A stretch of 64,000 nt of DNA from a virus (Duplodnaviria; Caudoviricetes), in the IMG/VR virus record IMGVR_UViG_2574179762_000001, positions 32,001-96,000 of that record, one strand, 5' to 3'. This document shows positions 38,603 through 47,679 of the stretch, piece by piece. The notes beneath the pieces are model-generated. The model was not told where the DNA came from, did not search any database, and saw only the letters and a list, made by a program, of their open reading frames with translations. A program made the position numbers and the translations under genes. How positions within the stretch are numbered: position 1 is the first letter of the stretch; each line of letters opens with the position of its first letter.

Positions 38603-38813
38603 GCTCGGCCTCGATGACAGCAGCGCCGGAGAGTCCCGCGGGATCGTATTTCGCCCAGGCGCGCCCTTGCGCGTCCGTACGCCCACCCAAAGGCGTCACG
38701 ACGCCGGGGCCGCTGGCCACCGACCACAAGACGGCAACGTTGGGCGGCCCATCGAACACCACTATGGCGGTCGCATCCGCGCGCAAGGGATTGGATAGCA
38801 CGCGCAGGCTCAT
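38592..38813 (-). CDS. Stand-alone Big-1-like Ig protein
   Basis: PNVAVLWSV...RTDAQGRA. Confidence 0.6.
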   Translation of the reverse strand: MSLRVLSNPLRADATAIVVFDGPPNVAVLWSVASGPGVVTPLGGRTDAQGRAWAKYDPAGLSGAAVIEAEHGT

Positions 38814-41800
38814 CGCGTTGCCGCCATCCGGGCAAGCTCGCCACCCAGCCAGTCTTGCAGCGTCCAGTGGAGGGCGTTGTCCGGGATCTGCAACTGGAAG
38901 CTGGTTGGCGCCGGTTGCAGGTGCGGTGCGCCGGACGCGGCGGGCGCGGACACCAGACCACCTCCGGCGAATCGCGCCACCGCGCTCGATCGGGCAAACG
39001 CCGCCGGATGGACCGCGCCCCGGAATTGCGATGCCGCCGATCGCACCGCCGAACCACCGCGGTTCACCCAGTTCAGGAAGCCGACACCGACATCGCGCAC
39101 GGCCGAGGCACGCACGACGTACTCCTGGTCGGAAAGCAGCGCCGGGATGCTGTCGCTGGTGGTGGTGCCAGGGCCGCGAATGTAGCCGCCGTCCGCCTTC
39201 TTTACAGCACCACCCCCACCCCCGATCCCGACAAAGGACAGCACCGTGTCTATGGTGCCCCCCATGTTCCCAAACAACGAATCGAACAGCTTCTCGCCCA
39301 GCTTCTTTCCGATGGTATTCAGTAGAGAGTTGACGACCCCCTTCGCAAACTCGTTCACCGCCTTCGACGCGCTCTTTGCGCCGGTCACGACGTCTTGAAA
39401 CATCGTTCCGAAGCCAGTAATGAACGACGTCTTCGCCACCTGCTGGACATCGGTGGATGCCTTCTTGAGCCCCTCGATTTCTACTCTGACCTGCTCCGCA
39501 TTGGACTTGATCTGGATTGATGGGGACGCTGCGGCAAGCTTATCGAGTTCTTGCTGCAGCCGCTCAAGATCCGGTAGCGCTTGGTCCCTGATTGGGCGGA
39601 ACGCCCTCTCCAAAGAATCGCCTTCGAAACCTTGACCCTGCAGCAGCTGGCTAGACCGTTGCAGGCGCCCCAGGATTTCGTCAATTTGACCTTTGATGCG
39701 TTGGAAATCTGCCTGATCCACCTCCAGGCGAATTTTTTGCTCGACCACGTCCGGCGACAGCAGTTCGGGGTTGGCCTTGGACATCTCCATCAGATCCCGA
39801 TTGCGCGCACGCACGTTCTTTTCGATCTGCTCGCGAGTGAGGGTGCCGGTGGCGGAATCAACCTCAGTCTGAACGCCAGTGGCCTGCGCCTCCAGCAAGC
39901 GCTTCGCCCGATCACGCTCAGTATTGGATTCGCGTATCGCCTGTGTGCGATCCTGCTCCAGCTTGAGGTTGCGCGTGTTCAGCTGCTGGATTTCTGTCTC
40001 CAGCTTCTTGTTCTGGGTGGAAATCTGCACCCGCTCGTTCGGGTTCTTGGGGTTCTGGCCGCCCAAGCTCCCCTGCTCGGCCTGAAGTTTCTCGATCAGC
40101 TTCCGGTTGCGAGACTCTTCGGCATCAATGCCGTCGGTGACGATCTTCAGGCGCTGGTCATAGTAGGCGCTGATACCAACGAGGCTGTCCTTGTAGGCGC
40201 GCTCGTTCTCCGCCTGGTCGAACGCCAGAGCGTCTTTCTTGAGCGTCAATTCCTGATCGAGCGTCGCCTTCAACTGATCGAAATCGGCCTTCGCTGCGGC
40301 ATTCTGCGTGCCAAGCCCTGAGGCGCCGGCGCCCTGCCGGCGCGCCTCCGCGATCGCGTCATTTCGGGCCTTGGTGACCTCGGCCAGGCGCTTCGGATCG
40401 AACTTCGGGTTGTCCTTCTGGAGCTCAGGCGTCTCCGACACAGCCTTGGCGAAAGCGGAGTTGATCTCCTTGATGTCGTCGGCCGCCTTCTGGGACGTGC
40501 TGCGGTGCTTCTTGACCAGGTCCGTGAAGTCCTGCAACGCGCCGCTGTTCTTGAGACCGATCTTGCCGACGGCCTTTTCCTGCTCTGCAGCCTGCTTGTC
40601 GACTGCCTGCTGTTGCAGCTTTCCAAGTTCCTCGAGGGCCGCCAACTGCTGCCTCGCCTGGTTCAGCTCCCGATCTCGCGAGCCACGGGAGAGCTTTTCG
40701 CCGTTGCTCAGGATGAACGGCCGCATGCCGCTCGGGCCCGGCTGCTGCGCAGCGCCTTCGAGCAACGCGATCCTGTTGCGGAGTGCATCCTGTCCCGCCT
40801 TGTTCTCCCCGATATCCCCCGCCCCGAACTTCAGCTCCCGCTTCATGCGGGCAATCTTGTCACGGGTAGTCTGCACCGACACGTCGATGCCATTGAGCGA
40901 GTCCTTCGCCGCACTGCCGAACGACGCCCAAGCGGCCACGCCGGTGATCAGCAAGGCGACGATCCCGATGGGACCGCCCAGCAGGCCGGCGACGCGCGAA
41001 AGCACGCCTGCGGCGCCGGTCGGCCCCATGGCCGTCGCAAGTGCTGTTTGGGCTGCGGCATGCGCTGACGCAGCAGCCGCCGCACGCTGCTGAGCGGGCA
41101 CGAGCACCGTCTCCGCCAGCGCCAGCCGCTGCATACCTGCAGCGGCCGCCACCGCGGCCTCAGCCTCGGCAAGCAGCAAACCGGTATGGATCCGAACGGC
41201 ATCCGCATGCGCCACCTTCGCCCGCAGATCCGCCAGCGTGGCAGCGGTAGCCGCCCGAGTGGCAGCATCGCCGCCGAGGGTTGCACTGGTCGCCGCGGTG
41301 ATAGCGCCGGCAACGCCCTCCAGCACTCCACGCACCACCTGGAATACCTTGAGCGCCGCGTATGCCTGCCCGAGCGCAACCACGGCTTCGCGATGCTCGA
41401 GCAGGAAGCCAGCCACCCGGCGCAGGCCCTGCCCGAGGTCGACCAGACCCTCCGCAAAGCTCCGCATCGTCTGCACGGTCTGCGGATTGAGCTGGATCGA
41501 CTTGACCTTGTCTCCCTCGCGCTCGATTGTGACGAAGGCGTCGGCCGCCTCCCCCAGCCCTTCCTTGATGGCATCGAAGAGCGGCTTGAAACCCTCGGCC
41601 GCCGCGCGCGTCGCCCCCTCCTTCAGGCTGGAGAGCCGGCCGTCGAAGGTGTCACCGAAGCGCGCGGACGCGGCCTCGAAGCCCTGCAGCCGGTCCATCA
41701 GGAACTTGAACAGGCCTTCGCTCGAAGCCTTGGCGCGCTTGATGTCCTCGTCCTTGATGCCCAGCGCAGTGGCCAGGGTGGAGCCCGACGGCGTGATGCC

Positions 41801-42454
41801 GCCCTGCACCAGATCACGCAACTCCTGAATCACCTGGTTCGAGTTCAAGCCGAGCGACTTGACCGCGTTGACACCGGTCACGGTCAACTGGCGCACCTGC
41901 TCGAGCGTCAGCTTGGCGGCCAGCGCCGGCCCAAGGATCGCTTGGAAAGCGCGAACGAGTTCCTCGCTGTTGGCGGCTGTGGCCAGCGCGTCGTTGTTCA
42001 GGTCCGCGATGATCTTGCGCGAGATGCCCAGAGCCTGGTTCAGGCTGACAGCCTTGCCGTCGATCGTGATCATCGAGGACAGGATGCCGGCCATCCCAAG
42101 CTCAGCCGTCTCCATACTGGCAGAGAACTTGATGCCCGCTTCCGGCAGGCCAGTCAAAGCCGCCTTCACGGCCTGCAACGCCTGACCGATGATGAAGATT
42201 CCGGCAGCAACAGTGCCGATGCTCTTCAGGCCCGCGACGCTCTGACCGATCGATCGGACTTCGTCGCCGACCTTCGCCAGCTCTCCAGCCGTTGAGCGGG
42301 CGGTCGTCTGGACGCCCTGCAGGCCTGACTGCACGCCGGTGAGATTCTTGCCTGCGTCGTCGGTCTTCTTCAGCGCGGACGCAAAGTCGCGCAGAGCGGC
42401 CAAGGCCCGCTCGTTTGCGAGATTGATCCGGTAGCTGATCTCACGTTCGGTCAT
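38810..42454 (-). CDS. Tape measure protein
   Basis: 1214 aa helical; C-terminal GGYIRGPGTTTSDSIPALLS. Confidence 0.92.
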   Translation of the reverse strand: MTEREISYRINLANERALAALRDFASALKKTDDAGKNLTGVQSGLQGVQTTARSTAGELAKVGDEVRSIGQSVAGLKSIGTVAAGIFIIGQALQAVKAALTGLPEAGIKFSASMETAELGMAGILSSMITIDGKAVSLNQALGISRKIIADLNNDALATAANSEELVRAFQAILGPALAAKLTLEQVRQLTVTGVNAVKSLGLNSNQVIQELRDLVQGGITPSGSTLATALGIKDEDIKRAKASSEGLFKFLMDRLQGFEAASARFGDTFDGRLSSLKEGATRAAAEGFKPLFDAIKEGLGEAADAFVTIEREGDKVKSIQLNPQTVQTMRSFAEGLVDLGQGLRRVAGFLLEHREAVVALGQAYAALKVFQVVRGVLEGVAGAITAATSATLGGDAATRAATAATLADLRAKVAHADAVRIHTGLLLAEAEAAVAAAAGMQRLALAETVLVPAQQRAAAAASAHAAAQTALATAMGPTGAAGVLSRVAGLLGGPIGIVALLITGVAAWASFGSAAKDSLNGIDVSVQTTRDKIARMKRELKFGAGDIGENKAGQDALRNRIALLEGAAQQPGPSGMRPFILSNGEKLSRGSRDRELNQARQQLAALEELGKLQQQAVDKQAAEQEKAVGKIGLKNSGALQDFTDLVKKHRSTSQKAADDIKEINSAFAKAVSETPELQKDNPKFDPKRLAEVTKARNDAIAEARRQGAGASGLGTQNAAAKADFDQLKATLDQELTLKKDALAFDQAENERAYKDSLVGISAYYDQRLKIVTDGIDAEESRNRKLIEKLQAEQGSLGGQNPKNPNERVQISTQNKKLETEIQQLNTRNLKLEQDRTQAIRESNTERDRAKRLLEAQATGVQTEVDSATGTLTREQIEKNVRARNRDLMEMSKANPELLSPDVVEQKIRLEVDQADFQRIKGQIDEILGRLQRSSQLLQGQGFEGDSLERAFRPIRDQALPDLERLQQELDKLAAASPSIQIKSNAEQVRVEIEGLKKASTDVQQVAKTSFITGFGTMFQDVVTGAKSASKAVNEFAKGVVNSLLNTIGKKLGEKLFDSLFGNMGGTIDTVLSFVGIGGGGGAVKKADGGYIRGPGTTTSDSIPALLSDQEYVVRASAVRDVGVGFLNWVNRGGSAVRSAASQFRGAVHPAAFARSSAVARFAGGGLVSAPAASGAPHLQPAPTSFQLQIPDNALHWTLQDWLGGELARMAATR

Positions 42455-43058
42455 GGGCGTCTAAGTGGTGCGCTGAATGCTTTCCAGAGTTGTTTCCAGC
42501 CCTTCTCATCGGCTTGACCGCCACGCGCGATCAGGAGCTGCTCCCGGCTACGCTCCTGCGCCTGCCTGGCAATGGCATCCGAGAAGCCCCTCAGCTGGGC
42601 CATGGTGTAGCCCAGCACTTCTCTCAGACTGTGGCCGGCCCCGACGAGCTGTTGGGCGATGTCGAACCACCCGGGAACATCGCCTGAAGCTGGCTGGCTA
42701 CTGGCTTCAGACGTTGCTCGAAAAAATCTCGGTTCACGCTAAGCACGTCCGCGAACAGATTGACCGGCACGTCCAGCTCCTGCTCGTCCAGCCAGTCCCG
42801 CTCCACGCGCGCACCAATGCAGATGACAGTAAGCAAAGCCTCCGCATGCCGCGTGAACAGGTGCACGATGTCGCCGGCCACCATTGCATCCGGCAGCACG
42901 CCGATGTCGGCGAAGACGGGCTCCAGAGCTGACAGCATGGGGCCGAATTCCTTCACCTTGAGGGGGGTAATCCGAACCTGACGCTCGCCGAAGCCCCTCT
43001 CGATCGAGGGGCCGCCGGCGAGCTGTGTCAGTTCGGCAACGGGTGCAGGGGTGCTCAT
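42451..43058 (-). CDS. Tail assembly chaperone gpG (42624-43058) and gpGT by -1 frameshift
   Basis: T TTT TTC heptamer at 42720-42726; -1 frame open to a TGA overlapping the TMP ATG. Confidence 0.8.
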
Positions 43059-43061
43059 GGA

Positions 43062-43832
43062 TTACGTCAGTTGGACCAAGCGGCCGAACTGGCCGTAGTC
43101 GCTGGCCGCGGTCTTGGTTTGGTCGCTCAAGCACGACCCGGCCAGCTCAAACGTGTTGAGGTCGTCGCTGATCATCGAGAAGTCCTTCGCCGGATCCAGG
43201 CGGGTGCGGTAGATATCGAGCACCACCTTCGGAAAGCCAGACACTGCGGTGTTGAGCCCAACGAAGCGCACCCAGTATTCGACGTTGGCGGCCGTGTACA
43301 TCTTCACGCGACTCAGAGCGGCCTTCGTGTAGTCGGCCTTCAGAGGCAGCGTGTACGGGCCGCCGGTCGTCGCGTCCAGAATCTCGATCTGACCAGATTT
43401 CGAGTCCAGATCGTAGTTCGTGCCGGCCGCCAGGGTCTTCGGCGTTCCGGAGCTGTCCTTGATGGTGACGGCCGACAGATCCTGAGCAGCCAGGATGAAG
43501 ACATTGCCGACCGCGAGCGTGCCGGTAGTCGGCGAGATGATTTCGTTGGTGACCGATCCGGACGACTGGGCCACCGCGTCGCCCTGCGTGAGCAGCTGGA
43601 TGTTTTCGGTGCTGATCTGGCGGAGCGAAGCCTTGAAGCTCATCTTGAGCTCGCGCGTGATACGCACAACAGTCTGCCGGTTGCCGGAATAGTTTTCCTT
43701 GGCCTCCAGCACATCGGGCTCCGCCGAGAACGAGACGTCAGCGGCGTCGCCGACCCAGCGCAGCGCCTTCGGATTGCCGGCGGTGTCGCGCTGGCCGAAG
43801 AACAGCTTTCCCTGCCCCGAGAAGTAATCCAT
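43062..43832 (-). CDS. Major tail tube protein
   Basis: YFSGQGK...WVGDA; position before the chaperone. Confidence 0.85.
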   Translation of the reverse strand: MDYFSGQGKLFFGQRDTAGNPKALRWVGDAADVSFSAEPDVLEAKENYSGNRQTVVRITRELKMSFKASLRQISTENIQLLTQGDAVAQSSGSVTNEIISPTTGTLAVGNVFILAAQDLSAVTIKDSSGTPKTLAAGTNYDLDSKSGQIEILDATTGGPYTLPLKADYTKAALSRVKMYTAANVEYWVRFVGLNTAVSGFPKVVLDIYRTRLDPAKDFSMISDDLNTFELAGSCLSDQTKTAASDYGQFGRLVQLT

Positions 43833-43853
43833 GATGATCTCCAGTTTTGGCCG

Positions 43854-44306
43854 TTACGGGGCCGTGGGTTTTTCCAAGTACTCGACGACGCCCAGCACCT
43901 GGGCGCAAACCGTTTTCGTGCCTGCGCCACGGGGCATCGCCCTGTCGCCGACAATGCGCAGGTTCATGACGCGACCATCCAAGCCACCATCCTTGAACAC
44001 AGCACGCTTGATATCCGCGATCATGGCGTGCGCCTTGATCAGGGGGTTGTCGGGATCACAGGTGTCAAAGCCTTCGATCACGAACGACCGCGCCCAGGTG
44101 TTGGTGCCCGCATGCGGCCGGGTAGCGTCCTTGCTCTCGCCGGAGCCGTCATGCAACGAGGACAACGGCACCGGATCCTGCTCGTCGTTTCCAAACTCTC
44201 TGCCGAGATAGACTCGCGCGCCGATGTCGGTCGCGTAGCCATCGGCCGTGCGGATCGATTGGAGCCGCTCCTTGAGCGCCAGGAGGATGTCGAGGGCCTT
44301 GCTCAT
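43854..44306 (-). CDS. Tail terminator-like protein
   Basis: RLQSI...GYATDIG...ADIKRA. Confidence 0.7.
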   Translation of the reverse strand: MSKALDILLALKERLQSIRTADGYATDIGARVYLGREFGNDEQDPVPLSSLHDGSGESKDATRPHAGTNTWARSFVIEGFDTCDPDNPLIKAHAMIADIKRAVFKDGGLDGRVMNLRIVGDRAMPRGAGTKTVCAQVLGVVEYLEKPTAP

Positions 44307-44629
44307 GCCTTGTTGACCCAGTAGGCAGCGACGAAGCTGTCATCCTCGTCGCGTTCGTCGATGGTGTAAGTCACCGAGGCCAGCTCGCCGAGCTCTTCCG
44401 GCGTGCCGTCGTAAATAATCGTGGTGCCACGCGGCAGAGACGCAATGTCCTCGCGCAGCACGGTGATCCGCGTACCGACCTCGGTACGATCGCCGTACTC
44501 CCCACTGATGCGCGGCCGGCGCTCGACGACGGCGTCGAAGACCACGCTGCCGGCGCGCAGGCGCGCGTTCGCCAGGCGGCGAATGACCGACCTGGCAATG
44601 CGCTGATCAAGGGAGTACGGTGCGGCCAT
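44303..44629 (-). CDS. Head-tail joining (FII-like) protein
   Basis: Position and size. Confidence 0.65.
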   Translation of the reverse strand: MAAPYSLDQRIARSVIRRLANARLRAGSVVFDAVVERRPRISGEYGDRTEVGTRITVLREDIASLPRGTTIIYDGTPEELGELASVTYTIDERDEDDSFVAAYWVNKA

Positions 44630-44643
44630 GACTTACCGGCTCG

Positions 44644-44988
44644 TCAGGTTGCCACCGGCAGGTAGGCGCCGAGCTTGATCTTGACGGTCGCGCTCGGGTT
44701 CGCCGCAGCTTCGACCGCCACGCCCACACATTGCTGCGCGGTGCTGGTCTTGTTGACCACCTTGTTGGTCGCATCCCAGAACACCCGGTCACCGACGCTG
44801 ATGGCCAGGGCCGAGGTCTTGGCGATCTCGATCACCCCCTCGGTGCGGAACTCATTGGCGACGCCATTCTTGGCATCGTTGACCGCGACGCCGAACAGGC
44901 CGGCACCGAATAGGTACCCGATACCGGCCGCCACATCGGCGGCGGGGGTCAGCGTCAGGGTCTCGCCGTACTGAATGAAGTTCTTCAT
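44644..44988 (-). CDS. DUF2190 capsid cement protein
   Basis: MKNFIQYG...GVA...GD-x-VFWD...GVAVEAA. Confidence 0.88.
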   Translation of the reverse strand: MKNFIQYGETLTLTPAADVAAGIGYLFGAGLFGVAVNDAKNGVANEFRTEGVIEIAKTSALAISVGDRVFWDATNKVVNKTSTAQQCVGVAVEAAANPSATVKIKLGAYLPVAT

Positions 44989-45027
44989 GATCCGATCCTT
45001 TCGAAATCAGTGGGTGGAATCGGCGGG

Positions 45028-47103
45028 TTACGCGCCTGGGTTCTTGTGCGCGCCGCGGTAATCGATGCCCGCCACACCGAAATCGATGCGGACCTTGTAG
45101 CGGGCGCCGTCCACGTCGAAGCCGTTCTGCAGCTCGAGGTACGGGTCCTGTGCGCCGTCCAGGAACGCGACCTCCAGCGCCGGGGCCTCCGCCGGATCGG
45201 CGAAGAAGTACCAGGCAGTGCCAGAAAGGCGCGGGGTATCGACGATGTCGCGCACCAAGCCGCGCACGAGGTTCGGCTTCTGCAGCTTGTTGGCGGTGTC
45301 CGGGTCGTACTGGGCGTCGTTGGTCACGCGCGCGGTACCGCCGATGCCAATCGGGCCCAGCCAGATCGCGGGGCGCAGGTCGAGATAGTCGTTGCCGCTG
45401 ACATCCTTCTGCTGCGCCATCTGCACGCGGCCGGCCTCGAAGGAGGCCACTGCCGGCGCCGCCGCGGTGCCAGCGATGTTTCCGTGGCTGGCATGGAACA
45501 GGGCCAGGCCGTCTTCCAGCGTCGGACCGGCGCCGGAATTTTCCGCCAGGCGGGCATACACGGCCGCCTCGATGGTGCGCTTGGCGGCGCGGCCAAGCAT
45601 GCTGGCAAGACCGATGAACGCGCCCAGATCATCATTGATGATCATCTGGCGGCTCAGATTGATGATGTTCCCGCGGGTGCCGGCCGTGATGGAGGCCTTC
45701 TCGCCATCCGGGATGGTCTTGTTCTTGAACTCGCCGAGTTCGTTCAGCACGTCCAGGTTGCCGAGGCTGCCGACACGGTAGCGCGGATGTGCGCGGAAGT
45801 CCGACACGCTGCCGATCGAGCAGAAGCGGCTCCAGGTATCCGGAGCGAGCGCGTAGGCCTGCTGCAGCGTCTTGTGCATCGTGTTTTCGAGCAGGATCGG
45901 GAAATCGCTGGTGGACTGCGTGAACGCAGCCGCTACGATCTTCATCTGATCCATGCCGTCAACCTTGACGCCAGCCCGGACGAGGCATGCACGCGCCAGA
46001 TCGAGCAGCTTGTAGCCACGCAGCGGATTGGCTGCGTTGGCGCGCACCGGCGAACCCTTGTCATCACGGGCGGCGGCTCGGGCCAGGATTGCCTCCGTCG
46101 CGGCCGCCCGGAATTTGTCCTGCTCATCCTCGACCGTGACGATGTTGCCGGCCACCGGCGTGCCTTCCTTGCCGAGGTGTGCCAGCAGCTTCTCGCGGGC
46201 GCCCTGCACGCTGCATTGGGTGTCGGCCTCGCAGGCAGCCATCAGATCGGCGACGCCTTCGCGGGCGCCAAAGCTGGCAAAGGCCGCGCGGATATCGGTA
46301 CGACGCTGAGCTTCGGCTTGCACGCCGCGCGCAACGGCTTCCGCCTGGCTGGCTTGGGCCGCAGAATCGGCCGGAGTTGCGGGCGCCGGTGCAGCGGCCG
46401 CCGGGTTCGGATGAGGCATGTGCTTCTCCTTCAAGTTGAAAGCGGCTGCCGCCGCCGGGATGGCGCGGAAGCGAGAAAGGTCGTGGGAGGCCGCAATCGG
46501 CATCGCCGTGGTGACCGTATCGACGAACTTCTCGGCCAGAGCCTGCTCGGCCGTGTAGTAGTGGTCGACGCCATCGGTGAGCAGAGCCAGCATCTCCTCG
46601 GCGGGCCGACCAGTCTTGGCGGCATAGCTGTTCGACATGGCCTGCGACCAGGTATCGAGGTAGTCGGCGACCTCGCGCAGCGCGACGGCATTGCCCGAGG
46701 CGTAGACCCACGGTGCGTGGATCATCAGGATGGCGTTCTCGGCCATCTCGACGGTGTCGCCGGCCATAGCGATCAGGCTGGCGATGCTCATGGCGGTGCC
46801 ATCAATGCTGACCGTGACCGCGGCGCGGTGCCGCTTGAGCGCGTTGTAGATGGCGATGCCATCGGAGACCGAGCCGCCGAAGCTGTTGATGCGTACGGTA
46901 AGCTCGTCGACGTTCAGCGCCGCCACTTCCTTGACGAAGTCAGCGGCCGCCACGGACTCACCCCACCAGGATTCCCCGATATCGCCGTAAATGAAGATCT
47001 CGGCGGAGCTTGCGGCCACGCCGCCGGCAGCGACCGCCGCGGCGGCTGCGGCCGTGGCAGCGCGGGCGCGAATGCTGTACCACTTTTGGGGAGACTTGCT
47101 CAT
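45028..47103 (-). CDS. ClpP protease / major capsid fusion
   Basis: IYGDIG, INSFGGSV, MIHAPW; capsid part STSDFP, VSDFR. Confidence 0.93.
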   Translation of the reverse strand: MSKSPQKWYSIRARAATAAAAAAVAAGGVAASSAEIFIYGDIGESWWGESVAAADFVKEVAALNVDELTVRINSFGGSVSDGIAIYNALKRHRAAVTVSIDGTAMSIASLIAMAGDTVEMAENAILMIHAPWVYASGNAVALREVADYLDTWSQAMSNSYAAKTGRPAEEMLALLTDGVDHYYTAEQALAEKFVDTVTTAMPIAASHDLSRFRAIPAAAAAFNLKEKHMPHPNPAAAAPAPATPADSAAQASQAEAVARGVQAEAQRRTDIRAAFASFGAREGVADLMAACEADTQCSVQGAREKLLAHLGKEGTPVAGNIVTVEDEQDKFRAAATEAILARAAARDDKGSPVRANAANPLRGYKLLDLARACLVRAGVKVDGMDQMKIVAAAFTQSTSDFPILLENTMHKTLQQAYALAPDTWSRFCSIGSVSDFRAHPRYRVGSLGNLDVLNELGEFKNKTIPDGEKASITAGTRGNIINLSRQMIINDDLGAFIGLASMLGRAAKRTIEAAVYARLAENSGAGPTLEDGLALFHASHGNIAGTAAAPAVASFEAGRVQMAQQKDVSGNDYLDLRPAIWLGPIGIGGTARVTNDAQYDPDTANKLQKPNLVRGLVRDIVDTPRLSGTAWYFFADPAEAPALEVAFLDGAQDPYLELQNGFDVDGARYKVRIDFGVAGIDYRGAHKNPGA

Positions 47104-47149
47104 CGCCAAGACCTGTGCATTTGGTATGCAGCAAGTCTGGCAAAAAGCG

Positions 47150-47180
47150 ATTCCGGTTTTTAGGGGTAAAACCGGAATAT
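47150..47180 (-). promoter_or_regulatory. Prophage 2 late promoter inverted repeat, copy 1
   Basis: attccggtttt-taggggt-aaaaccggaat; near-identical at 49462-49490. Confidence 0.7.
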
Positions 47181-47229
47181 TTTCAGCGGCGATGGATTCT
47201 TGCCTTGATGTAGCATCGGGCCGTGCATG

Positions 47230-47393
47230 CGTACCCACAAAAAAAGCCCCGAAAACCGGGGCTTTTTCTTGATTCCGAGGGGAACTTCATTCCCAGGGGA
47301 GCGGTTTCCCCCGTACCCACAAAAAAAGCCCCGAAAACCGGGGCTTTTTCTTGATTCCGAGGGGAACTTCATTCCCAGGGGAGCGGTTTCCCC
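47230..47393. repeat. Perfect 82-bp tandem duplication containing a bidirectional terminator
   Basis: 47230-47311 = 47312-47393; each copy has aaaaaaagccccg-aaaac-cggggcttttt. Confidence 0.92.
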
Positions 47394-47641
47394 GTCATCG
47401 CCAGCGATTGGCCGACCAGCAGGACCTGGACCGTGTTGTGGGTGATCGAAGTCTGCGACAGGCGCTGGGCGCCCTGCAGAATCTGCTCCCGGCTGAGCTC
47501 CGGCCGCCGGGCCAAGATGGCCATCACGGCCGTCTCACCCAGCTGAGCCTGCTTTACCATTGGCCGCAGGGCCGGAATGGCCACCAGGGCCGCCCCCACC
47601 AGCTGAGCTTGCTCTACCATTTGCTTGATCATCGTCGTCAC
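47369..47641 (-). CDS. 90-aa hypothetical protein between portal and capsid
   Basis: AAGGTG start context; internal repeat MV(E/K)QAQL; followed by terminator. Confidence 0.65.
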   Translation of the reverse strand: MTTMIKQMVEQAQLVGAALVAIPALRPMVKQAQLGETAVMAILARRPELSREQILQGAQRLSQTSITHNTVQVLLVGQSLAMTGKPLPWE

Positions 47642-47679
47642 CTTTTCGGATCCCTAACCCAAATCATAGCTCCAGCTCC

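Noticed and set aside
31616-38813. DGR or invertible tail-fibre shufflon
   Set aside because: No reverse transcriptase, invertase, TR/VR pair or inverted crossover sites seen
45010-47163. 717-aa plus-strand ORF, and similar long antisense ORFs (569-1771, 20880-22151, 23506-24645, 41186-42295, 43071-44324)
   Set aside because: Shadow frames of well-supported genes in high-GC DNA
47230-47393. Mini CRISPR array
   Set aside because: Two identical adjacent 82-bp units with no spacers and no cas genes
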